From: Priapulus caudatus
Taxonomy: Eukaryota
Assembly (NCBI RefSeq): GCF_000485595.1
Contig: NW_014577068.1
Coordinates: 1,542,130-1,570,686 of the forward strand
Length of the DNA stretch: 28,557 nt
Direction of reading: 5' to 3'
The position numbers were made by a program, and so were the translations under genes. Positions 10,991 to 21,759 of this stretch are shown piece by piece. Numbering within the stretch: position 1 is the stretch's first letter; each line of letters opens with the position of its first letter. Below the pieces are notes generated by a model. That model was not told the DNA's origin, did no database searches, and worked only from the letters and a program-made list of their open reading frames with translations.

Positions 10991-11462
10991 GGACCATAAA
11001 ATAGCACCGAGGCAACAGTCATGTGTACAGAATTCACCAAGCCCAGCGTTACAATTAGTGTGCTGAAATGATGCCTGTCCCATATTCTCTCATCATGACC
11101 CATGCACGGATAGAGAGATGGTATAATCAAAGACTGGGAGTGCATAACACGTGCTCGGATAACGACGTAGGTGGGACTCTCACTGTTCACATGATAGATG
11201 TAGACTGATACACCACTAACCCAACCGCAGAACAGTCGATCGTAGGCATCCAGGCTTTTGTGGTTCTGAAAGTCCTTGGAGTATAAAATGGACTCGGTTA
11301 GAATGTTAGGTAGGCAATTCACGAGATCCTAATAAGTACGTGATGGGCACAAGTTGTGGTCCTCGTTCCATTCTCGTACGGGTGTCGATTCCCAACGCAC
11401 GCAATTTTCTCGAGATAGCGTGCTTTGGCTACGTTGTCTAGAGAATCAAAGTACTTGTCCAT
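10990..11462 (-). pseudogene. SWIM-type zinc-finger accessory gene of the transposon (N-terminal part, frameshifted)
   Basis: MDKYFDSLDNVAKARYLEKIACVG..PYE / SKDFQNHKSLDAYDRLFCGWVSGV...VIRARVMHSQSL..P / HTNCNAGLGEFCTH, which contains the SWIM C.C.AG.GE.C.H pattern. Spread across several frames. Confidence 0.75.
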
Positions 11463-11660
11463 ACTACGTACACTTCAGACGGTTGGCAAATGTGCATACA
11501 CCAGATATTATAAAAAGCTTCGTTTAATAGCTATATATGCAGTAAAATCGGTGACATTTCTGAACACTCGCGATGTAAACAAACTCAAGTCCATGATATG
11601 TGTTGCGTGCAATCGCCCGATCTTCTCAATCTAGCAATCCGCCGACTGTGCGGCAACCAC

Positions 11661-11875
11661 ATCGAACTCTAGCATCCCAACCCACGCTAATAAACCTGCA
11701 TGCAAAGCCCTGCAAAACCGGACTTGTGTAATCTCATTGAACTCTAGCAGACTAGCACCCCAACCCACACTGATAAACCTGCCTGCAACACCTTGTAAAA
11801 CCGGGTCTGCACAACCATATCAAACTCTAGCACCCCAACACGCGCTGGTAAACCTGTCTGCAAAACCGGGATCCA
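11661..11875. repeat. About three copies of a 75-85 bp tandem unit inside the ISL2EU-like element
   Basis: AACTCTAGCA..CCAAC.CAC.CT..TAAACCTG..TGCAA..AAAACCGG recurs at about 11665, 11740 and 11823. Confidence 0.85.
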
Positions 11876-12252
11876 CTTACTGCTAATATAGATTACTATA
11901 TAATAATACTATCGATGTAAAATCGGTAGATTGTGCATATCGGTAACACGTGTTCGCAATTCTGGAACCAGTATGGCCGGCGGCACGGGATTGTAGGTGA
12001 TATTGCTATATTTAGTGCAAGTCGCGGAACCCTCTATACCTGTTTATACAGTGTACTTATATATTATTTGGCCCATTTCCCAATCCCTTCACCATATTTT
12101 TTAGGATTATTTAGAATTATAGGCTACATGATCTGTTTGTGTCATGAACTGATAGTTCGTGGAACACAACATTCTTATAAAATTCTAGCTAGCAGAGAAT
12201 ACAATAAACTTCACAGACCATCGAAGATTGTGGGTATATCACCACCTCCTGT

Positions 12253-15016
12253 TTAAGGTTAAGGTTAGTTTAGAGTTAGATGGGTTGAGTTTAGGTCTGG
12301 CCTATTATAATACCCATATCTGTCTAATGTAAGTCTAGTTTTTTTTTTAAAAGCAGTTGACCGTCTTGGCCTCAACAACAAATGTTGGCAGTGCGTTCCA
12401 TGCATTCACCACTCTTTGGCTGAAGAAGTGCTGTCGCAATTGCAGCCTGGATCTATTTTTGAATAGTTTCAGGAGATTACACCTGGTGGTTCCGGTTGCC
12501 AGTGTGAAAAATTGGTTGCTATTAATGTTTTCTTTGTCTGTTGAAATTTTGTAAGTTTCGATCAGGTCTCCCCTCACTCTCCTCTGTTCCAGTGAATATA
12601 GACCTAGGATTTCCAGTCTCCTCTCATATTCCAGGTTACGTATAGAGTGGACTAGCTTGGTTGCCTTCCTTTGCACTTTTTCTAACAGGTCCATATCTTT
12701 CTTATAGTAGGGTGACCAGGCTTGCACACAGTACTCTAGGTGGGGTCTGATGAACGTCTTGTACAGGATAAGAAAACCCCTTTAATCTACGTACTGATCT
12801 CATCTAACACTCTTCCTGTCCCAACCTCATCGGTCATTGAGTACTCAAACTGTTCGCTATTTCCTCTTAAATGTATCCGTTTGCACTTCCTGACGTAAAA
12901 CTTTAATAGCCAATTCCTTGACCATTCACACATCATATTTAGGTCATGCTGCAGTAGCATGCAGTCCGTTGTTGTCGATATAGATTTCCAAATTTTTGTA
13001 TCATCCACAAAAATGTTCATATCACAAATCGCCATGTCCGGGATATCGTTTACATATACCAGGAACAGTAGTGGTCCTAGGACCGATCCTTGCGGAACCC
13101 CGCTATCTACCGAGCACCATTCCGAGTACAGTCCTCGAACACTCACCCTCATCTGGCGCCCCACAAGAAAGCTTTCAATCCAGTTTATGAGTGTTCCTCT
13201 TATTCCATACGCTTTCAATTTCTTCAATAGCCTCATGTGCGGAACCATGTCAAATGCTTTTTGATAGTCTAAAAAGATGGTGTCGATTCAATTACCATTG
13301 TCAATGGCCTTACTCCAAGCCTCAAATGTCTCTAGGAGATTAGTCAGACAGCTCCTCCTCGACGTAAATCCATGTTGGTGTTCTGTAAACAATTTATTCT
13401 CATCTGTGCATTTTACTACTTCATCGCGCAATAGCGATTCCATGACCTTACAACACACACATGCTAGTGAAACTGGTCTGTAGTTCTCAGCAGCCGCCCT
13501 ACTCCCTTTTTTGAAGATGTGCGAAACCTGCGCTTTTTTCCCACTTTATTGGTAGGATCCCTTCCTGTAAGGATTTTTGGAATATTAATGTGAGTGGCAA
13601 TGCAAGTCCATCACCACATTCTTTTAGCAGTTTCGGGTGTATTCCATCAGGTCCTGGTGACTTGCCTGGCTTCAGTTCTCTCCGCTTTTTTTCCGCTTGT
13701 GCAGCTGTAATCTCAATACTGTCCAAGCTTGTACCAGGTTGCACTCTATCTACAAAATTCGAGATGTTACCCAATGGCTCCATTACAAACACCGACTTGA
13801 AATATTTGTTCAGTAATGATGCTGCTTCTTGGTCGTTGTCTGTTAACATACCTTCTCCTTTGGCTAATCGAGTTATTTCGTCTTTGACCTTCTGTTTCTC
13901 GTGCACGTACCCATAAAACTTCTTGGTGTTGCTCTTGAATACATCAACAAGACCTCGCTCATAATTTTTCTTGGCTTCGTTACACAAGTTGGAAGTGATG
14001 TTTCTCTGTTTAACATAATTGGCATAATCTTTTTTTCTGCGTAGTCTACAATACTATAAGTAGAATTTCCTCTTCGTCTGTATTGCTTTTCGAACAGGCT
14101 TGGTCAGCCATCTTGATCTCTGGTTCTTATTTGGTGGTCTCTTTTCTGGTACATTTCTCTTACTAAGGTCTTCAATTCTTCGCTCCAACTCCTGCCAAGC
14201 ACTGTTGGTGTCCAAAACTCCCAATACTGTCTTCAAATCAGTGGCTTTGATTTCTGTGTTTAAAGATATATAATCTCCTTTCCAATAGTTTCGGCCTTCG
14301 TACTTGTGTTTCAGGCTGTTTGGGTCGAGGTGTGTTATGGTCGTCCATGCTAGTCCAATGTGATCGCTCTTCCCGATGGGTGCCAAACAACTCACTTCCT
14401 CGATCATATTCTTATCATTTGTGAAGATCAGAACAAGTTTGGATGGCTCTTGACCTTCTCTATATGATAATATCTTGTCGGTACCGTCACATGTTGCAAT
14501 AGAAACATGTGCTGTGTCTTGTCGAGAAACCTACTGTGGAATGACAGTGGGCTGCAACTGGTGCAATAGTTTCACATAATCAACCTCAGGTATATTAAAG
14601 TCACCCATAATTAGAACATGCATCTCCTGTCCACTCGCTACCTTAGAGAATAGATCAATCAACTCCTCATTGTTCTCCTGTATACTAGCTGGTGATAGAT
14701 AACACACTCCTATGAGTAAAACATCCTCTCCAGTTAGTTGGATTTCACACCATATTTATTCAGCAAACTCGCTAACCTCTAGTCTTGGACAGGTCGATGC
14801 TTGGAGATCGTTTTGGACCAGTACTAGTACTCCTCCTCCCTGTGCTCCTACCCGATCTTTTCTGAAAAGATCATACCCTCTTAGGGTGAACAAACTGTCT
14901 GGATTGTTCTCATTTGCCCATGTCTCTCTGATACCAATAATGTCTGGTTTCAGTTCGTCTATTAGAGCTTCAAATTCGTCTAACTTATTTACAATGCTTT
15001 GTGTATTTGTGTAGAA
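12253..15016 (-). mobile_element. Decayed CR1-clade LINE; ORF2 (APE endonuclease plus reverse transcriptase) with stops and frameshifts, 5'-truncated
   Basis: Endonuclease motifs YTNTQSIVNKLDE, PDIIGIRETW, GYDLFRKDR..GGGV, MGDFN and PIGKSDH. RT motifs KSPGPDGIHP, QHGF, DTIFLDYQKAFD.VPH, SGVPQGSVLGPLLFLVYVND and FVDDTK. CR1 C-terminus LEQRRVRGDLIETYK...FSQRVVNAWNALP. Short-repeat 3' tail at 12253-12290. Confidence 0.93.
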
Positions 15017-15149
15017 ATTTGAAATAAAAATAGGTTAATTTACAAACACACTACAAAAGCAGTTATTGAATACTTCTGCATTTTGAATAATGCTAGTTGT
15101 GAGATGTTTTACAACGTTGTGATTATCAGATGGTTCATCCGATGAGAAA

Positions 15150-15350
15150 TATTGCTGTCTTGTTCCTATCAGATTTGGCAGATTGCCAGAAACGTTTGCA
15201 GTTTGACTTGTCACTGAAGCTTGGAACTCTCTACCACAGCAAGTTCGGACAAATTCTGTTTATTCTAGTTTTAAGTATAGTGTTAAGAAATGTCTGATGG
15301 AAAAGGTAGAAACATTAGAGGCAGAGGAGTATGATTTTGAATTTTTCACT
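15150..15350 (+). mobile_element. 3' ORF2 fragment of a second LINE (CR1/L2 group) on the opposite strand
   Basis: EAWNSLPQQVRTNSVYSSFKYSVKKCL matches the WNSLP....S...FK..VK..L C-terminal motif. Confidence 0.5.
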
Positions 15351-15436
15351 AAAAGAATTCGGTTGAAATTAGGCATAAGAAAAGTTTGTATCGTCTTATG
15401 AGAATGTACCACAATTCAATAGTTAGTGCTGCTGAG

Positions 15437-15683
15437 AGGGTCTATGTCCCCCAGGGTACTGCCGGAACGTACCCTGGTACCAGAGCATATAAATCAACGT
15501 GATTTATATGCTCTGCTGGTACTATCTAATATGCCAGACCGTACCTCGCCTACTCCACTAACAAGTCTAGGGAGTCGCCTACGCCTACTCCCTAACCCTA
15601 ACAGATAGTTACCAGATTTACGCTCGGTATACCGGACCGTACCCAGGGTACGCTCCGGCAGTACCCTGGGGGACATAGACCCT
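15437..15683. mobile_element. MITE with about 42-bp TIRs and an internal CCCTAA motif
   Basis: AGGGTCTATGTCCCCCAGGGTACTGCCGGAACGTACCCTGG is inverted relative to CCAGGGTACGCTCCGGCAGTACCCTGGGGGACATAGACCCT. No clear TSD. Confidence 0.8.
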
Positions 15684-16249
15684 ATGAGCGTTAGTGCTGA
15701 GTGATAGTATCAGTAGTGTAATTGTTAGATTCAAGGCATAGCAAAACAAGCGACCACAATGTAAATACAGTGTGCTAGTCATGCTTTTCGTGTATATATA
15801 TTCTTGGTAGTTATCCATTTTATGAATTCAAATTCTATTGTAAAAGATATGCTATGTATTGTATATGATGATAATTGCCTAAATAAAAAAAAATAAAAAA
15901 CACTTGCCTTACTTGGTGTGAACAACTCTTCACCTATGTAAAGCCACCTGAATAGTTTACTCAATTTCGAACACATACAATTTTGAGAAGTACTTATTTC
16001 TCTCATCCGAACAATTCAATTGAAGTATCAGTGTCTGTTACACTTCTAGTTCTAGGGGCAATCACAATAATCTAATTCATTAATTGATACGATTATTACT
16101 AATACTTTATAAACAACGCACGTCCAATTGGTTGTGTAAACTTACTTCAATCACAACCCACATGATTACGGATCCTTCAACCCATGATTACATCACCTTA
16201 ATTTAACTGACTTCAGATTGGCAGACTTTTAAAGTTCACGCATAAACAG

Positions 16250-16890
16250 GCGTATTTTAAACGCGGGTGGTGAAGGTACGGCAGCCGTATCTTAATGTCT
16301 CGAGGCTGACGAGTCGGCAGTCCACTTGCCGCATGCGTCGCTTTCCCACACCATAGATTTTTTTTGGTACTATGACACGCGTATATAAGATAGCTGAGTC
16401 GGTTTAGAGTTGATGTTAGGGTTAGGGTTAGGGATAGGGTGACTGTTTGTACTTGTGTGGTGGGACTGCCGTACCGTAGCCTCGAGACATTAAGATACGG
16501 CTGCCGTACCCGTGAGGCCTCGAGACATTAAGATACGGCTGCCGTGTAGCCTCGAGACAGTTAAAATACGGCGGCTGTACCCGTAGCCTCGAGACATTAA
16601 GATACGGCGGCCGTCCTAGCCTCTGGCATTTTAACGCAGTGGCTACAGGTACGGTAGGCGTATGTTAATAGTCTTGAAGCTACGGGTACGGTAGTCCATT
16701 TGCGCATGCGTCGCTTTCCAGCAAACTAATGCCCCCCTACCGTGGCGCAATTTTATCATCGGGAGTGGTGATCGCTTTTGGCAATGGTTATACCTACCGT
16801 ACCAATACCCTCTCAGATAGAACTCTTTTCATAGACTAATTACACACTACGTTCCTACCGTAACTCTGTAGCCACTGCCGTTTAAAATGC
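16250..16890. mobile_element. Tandem fold-back elements with a TTAGGG core and about 40-bp subterminal repeats (GCCTCGAGACATTAAGATACGGC.GCCGT)
   Basis: The repeat occurs inverted at about 16276 and four times direct at 16478-16615. The unit restarts at about 16628. Related fragments lie at 17925-18005 (-), 19160-19320 and 23800-24007. Confidence 0.7.
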
Positions 16891-17019
16891 GTGAGAGTGG
16901 TCTATTTAGGTTACGGCAGGCCGTTACGGTAATTGCTCCGTGCTAGGGGGGGTGGGTCCGTCGGTAGTATTTGGTCGGAGGCTACACTGGTCAGCGTTAG
17001 CGGTAGTGATCTCCTGCTT

Positions 17020-17275
17020 TTTTGTTTTTCAATATCTTATTTTATTTTTTTATTTATATTTAATTTAAAATTAATATTTATTTGGATATATTTTAATTTA
17101 TTAATTTATATTAAAATTTTTAATTTTTTTTTTATTAATAATTAAATTATAATTTAATTTTTTTTTAATTAAAAATTTTTATTTATAAATTTTATTTTAA
17201 GATAATTATATATATTTAATTTTTAATTCACGCATTATATTAATCTCCAGCCTAATAATTAATTAATTAATTAGC
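17020..17275. repeat. Extremely AT-rich low-complexity tract
   Basis: Almost exclusively A and T with no stable period. Confidence 0.85.
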
Positions 17276-18253
17276 TAGCCTACACTAGTGTTAGTTTGGC
17301 GGATCGATTGTCAGTACAATGCCAAATCATATGAAAGCAATAGGTAAATACACATTAGGGGTGAGTATTGCGACAAAAAACCGTATGCAAGTATATTGCA
17401 TACGACAAAACCGTATTGCAATATTTTTCATACGATTGGGCACAATGTATAACCATTGCATGATATAGTAACAATTTTTGATGGTTTTAATTATCATCAT
17501 ATATTGTATTATATGAATGATTACTTTCTCATGTTTTCTTGAGAAACAGAGCACGGCAATGTTTCCCGGCCCTGACAGTGCAGCCCTCTTGCTGCCGTAA
17601 CATGTCAACCGCTGGACTGAAACCCTCTCGGAAGCACTGACGGTAGCTGCGAATACACAATACCCCTGCCTGCCATAAATTGCTAATTAACTGGATACTG
17701 AACTTGAAACTCAGCGGTTCTCCCTCGTGCGCAAACGGCGGCGCGCGCGCGCGCCCGTTTGGGAAAAACTCCCCTGTTCAAGTTGCCGCCCCATTTAACT
17801 TACCTCCGCCCCGATTAATTCCGCACAGCATAAAGTTTGCCAGCCGAGAATTCGATCGTCAACAATTCCCATTCGACCAGTGACACCCGGGTGTGTATTT
17901 TGTTACCGGCCACGCATCACTTAGACAATACACAAGTACAACAGTCAACTGTCCTACACCTAACCTGAACTTGTACACGACTCGGCTATCTTATATAATA
18001 TACACGAACCAAATCCTCCGCTATGGCGCTGTGCGGTGCGAATTATTACGCGATTAATTAGTGGTTTCGGGTAACAAAACCGCCCCGGACCCCCCTTGGT
18101 CCTCCCCTCCCGCTTTCCACTCCCCTCCCCCTGTGGTGAATTTCATCCTGGCGCAGAACCTGAAAACTGAAACTCGACAACAGTGGGGTCTCCTTCAGCT
18201 TGTAATCGCCTGCGCGCGCGGGCACTCAGGTGAGGCATAGGCTATATATAAAC

Positions 18254-18850
18254 CAGGGTCTGAAATTAAGCGACGAGAAGGGCAAGGCAAATTTTTTTAG
18301 GGATGTGGAAAATCGCCTGAAGTTTTCTCTAAAATAGAAAGGCACGAAGGCAACTCTCAAGTTTGAGAACGGGCACGCAAGGCCTTTGTAAAATAAAGGG
18401 AACTCATACAAATTCAGTACATCAACATCGTCTTGCGCTTTTATAGTACAAAACAATATGCGCCATGTAGCTTACACGCGTAACACTGACCCCCTGTACC
18501 CCAGCCTTCTGCTAATTGGACGTACACAGTAACAAGAAATTTTACCATGCCGTCTATGCAGGAGCAAATAATTTGCCGATGCTGTTATTAATTCCGCTCG
18601 CTGCCGACTATCGGTTCTTTAGCTACCACATTGCAACTCTACACGCACGCAACAGCGCACGTGTTATGTTGATTTGACTAAAAACAAACTAAAAGCAGTA
18701 GATAAAGGGCGCCGGACGGCAATTACATAAAGGGCAGACGGCAGGTGACTGCCGTCGTCGGGTTGGATTTCAGGGGCAGTACGGCAGCATTGTAGTGAGG
18801 GCACCGAGACGGCAACTTGCCGGTCGTGCGTGTTTAAATGTCGAGCCCTG
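18254..18850. mobile_element. Non-autonomous hAT element (597 bp) with 8-bp TSD ATATAAAC
   Basis: TIRs CAGGGTCTGAAATTAA and TTAAATGTCGAGCCCTG. Identical ATATAAAC at 18246-18253 and 18851-18858. A CAGGG terminus plus 8-bp TSD indicates hAT. Confidence 0.9.
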
Positions 18851-19324
18851 ATATAAACTCCCTAGTCTGCGCCGTGGCTCTCTGCCTCACGCCACGTCTG
18901 CCCACTCTGCCCGCGCGCAGTAGGTTACCGCGCAGTGTCCATGCAGTGTCGCGTACCAGTAATACTGTATGGCGCTCCGGTGCAGCATTGCTGCTTTCGT
19001 ACATATGATACGACCGCCAGTCATATTTTCGAGCGCGCATAAGCAATATAGACATAAAGGGCAAGTGTCAAGTAATTTATTTGCCTGTTTACCACCCGAT
19101 CGTATATACCGTATATCGTTACACCCCTAATATCAACATAGATTAATTTAATCTGTTTTTACACGCGTTATAAGATAGCCAAGTCGGTGTATTAGTTAGT
19201 GTTAGGGTTAGAGGGGGGATAGGGGTTACTGTTTGTACTTGCCTGTGTGGAGCTGCGAGTACCGCGTAGTCCTCAAGACATTAAGATACAAGATACGCGA
19301 CCCGTGCCGCTGTTATCTTAAGGA

Positions 19325-20951
19325 AGTGTCTAAACAACCGGATCGGTTTTCGGAATCCTGAAATAAACAACTGGCGTCCTCTTCCTCTGAGTGGTCTGGT
19401 TTTTTGTCATTTATTTATTTTTTTTTTTTATATTAGAAATTAGGATAGGGCTTATCGGTTAGGATTAGGCGTTTGGGTTAGGGTTTAGGCGTCTATATTC
19501 CACACACTTGTCATGTAGGTTCGATGGCTCAGGGTAGCGCTTCGCTTCGTCGATCAGTACATAGACCATTATCGCCAATGCGTTAAATATCACCAGATGG
19601 CGCCCCGCGCGTCAAAGCTATGATGGGAATGGAAAAGGGGCAACGATCGGCGCTCATAGGTAATATATGCCACGCGTATGGGTGATAGAAAGATATACTA
19701 TACAGTATATTCTCGCAACGAGTTGATTACGTCTAGAAGATCGTAGAGGAATATAGACACATGTCTATAGCATATAATCTCCGTAAATTTAGTTTTTGTG
19801 AAGCACGTAGATCATAATTAATACCTAAATATATAGCGAACGGTACGCGCATTAGGCGCCTATTGCGTGCAGTTCCGGCTATACGCACGGCTGATTGGTG
19901 ATAGGAAGGATACAACTATTTACATCTTGCAAACAGAGTTGAGGTTAGCATTTCTAGAAATGCATAAAGGAATATAAGACAAATGTCTTAGCTATAATCT
20001 CTGTGAATTTTCGGTTGTTGAAGCACGAGTAGTCTTAATTAATTACCAAAGTATAATGCCGAAACGGTATGCGCGCATAGGCGGGCCTATTGCGTGCACC
20101 GGCTATACGCACGACTGGGTAATAGGAAAGGATACCTAACGTATCATATCTCGCTAATGGAGTTTGAGTTAGTTTCTAGAAATTTAGATGAATATAGACA
20201 CATGTCTTAACGCTATAATCTCTGTAATTTCTCAGTTTGTTGAAGCCAGATTGTCTAATTAATTACCCACATATATGCGAACGGTATTCGCGCATGAGCA
20301 ACTGCGCCTAATTGCGTTTGCAGCGGCTGCTAAGCTCTGTGCGGCGGCGGCGCAGTAATGCCCCTTTTCCTATCCCATGACGCATTGCTGTTCCGATTGG
20401 CGATAAGGTTTATTGTGACCGTGTTCGAACCCAATAACATGTTTTTATTTTTCTATGCTTTGTGTATTTCTTTGTATTTTATTTGTTTCTGCATTTATTT
20501 GTTCTGTAACTTCTGTTTATGTTCGGAATTAAATATATTTCTTTATGTTTTGCATTAAAAATGGTCCTATTATATATTTGTCCTGTTCACAGGGACCAGA
20601 ACTGCAGAAGCGAAAGAAAAAAAGTGTTATAACTTATATATATATATATAGAAGTATTTATATATATAACACTTTTTTTTCGCCTCAGGTCCCCGTGGTC
20701 CTGTTATGTTCGGAAACTGACCAATCAGAGAAGAGAGCCGGTTGTTAGTGTTTAGTTTTTAGGACTCCGAAACCTAGACCAATAAATTGTGCCCTAAAAA
20801 TTTTTATATTCTGATGTTATTTTAGGAAATAACATTAATCCTAAAATAAAATCAAGAAATAAAGTTAATCCTAAAATAACATCAGAATATAAAAATTTTT
20901 AGGGCACAATTTATTGGTCTATCCGAAACCGGGTCCGGTCGTTTAGACACT
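19325..20951. mobile_element. Non-autonomous TIR element carrying an internal tandem array with a period of about 218 bp
   Basis: About 70-bp imperfect TIRs beginning AGTGTCTAAAC.ACCGGA. Internal units start near 19681, 19897 and 20118. The right TIR is interrupted by a 147-bp insertion. Confidence 0.75.
20775..20921. mobile_element. 147-bp fold-back MITE with 9-bp TSD TCCGAAACC (Mutator-like by TSD length)
   Basis: Perfect inverted arms of about 53 bp starting TAGACCAATAAATTGTGCCC. TSD at 20766-20774 and 20922-20930. The empty site is present at about 25438-25446. Confidence 0.92.
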
Positions 20952-21759
20952 GGCACTGCCTATTTTAAACAGAGTGGCCATGCTAGATATGCCCGGCTGC
21001 CGGGCACGGTCTTCGATTTCCTAAATGCCCGGCAGTTTTTAATTTTCAGCGTTATCTCAAGTAAACAAGGGTTAGGGTTTAGGAATATCCTACTAACCAC
21101 AGCGTATTTTAAAGTTGTAACTTGTAGTTGTAGGCGTTTATCCAAAACCGGCGTAAGCAACTAAAACAAGATCGTCCAGCGAGATCAGTTAGTCCTGCTC
21201 AAAATTTTGCTATTGAAGCCGATGAAATAATACTGCAGGTTATTATAATACGATGGAGTCTTATGTGCTCTTGGGTGCATACATAGGTGCTGAACGGCTC
21301 AGTAGGGTACATCATATAAATCAGTTAGCACTAAACGTTAAAACGTAAAACAAAACTCACAGATCGGATTCTCCTATCCTAAGAACCTCAGCTAAGAACG
21401 GCCAATGAGTGGCAGCACTAGTGCCAACAAAAGAACGTTCTTTGAATGTGCTGTTTTGTTTGCTCGTCGTGTTGTAGTGTCACATCGCGTGAGAAAGTTA
21501 ATTTTAATCTCAAACTGGGTATTAACAACTTAACATAATGGTAGGCATGTGTTATAGAAATATGTTAACATATATACTATATTGTTATTACTTAAATCAG
21601 AGTGTTCATAGTTTGTAGTAGGATAGCTCCAAGAAACGGTACGGTATTGCTACAAATTACAATGCTAGGGGCGTCGGGTCCACAGCCACAGGCACTTGAA
21701 GCGTTTCAATAAAATATAAATAATGCTACTAAATACGAAATCTATTTACTACCAAATTC

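Larger units (their letters stand above)
10731..12035. mobile_element. Internally deleted ISL2EU-like (PIF/Harbinger-related) DNA transposon, AT target-site duplication
   Basis: Imperfect TIRs AGAGGGTT.CGCGA...ACC.ACAAT...GC.GCCGGCCAT...GGTTCCA at both ends, AT at 10729-10730 and 12036-12037, and convergent THAP and SWIM gene relics inside. Confidence 0.8.

Noticed and set aside
12347..13987. Reverse transcriptase as a retron, DGR or other novel RT system
   Set aside because: The APE endonuclease, RT and C-terminal motifs are those of an ordinary CR1 LINE, and the frame is broken by stops and frameshifts.
16416..16440. TTAGGG repeats as a telomere or chromosome-fusion scar
   Set aside because: There are only 2-3 units, always embedded inside dispersed elements.
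16465..16620. Regularly repeated unit of about 40 bp resembling a CRISPR array
   Set aside because: There are no unique spacers, the units are contiguous and also occur inverted, no cas genes are present, and the context is an intron-rich eukaryote.
17020..17275. AT-rich tract as an organellar control-region insertion
   Set aside because: No mitochondrial genes or tRNAs flank it. It is more likely low-complexity or low-quality sequence.
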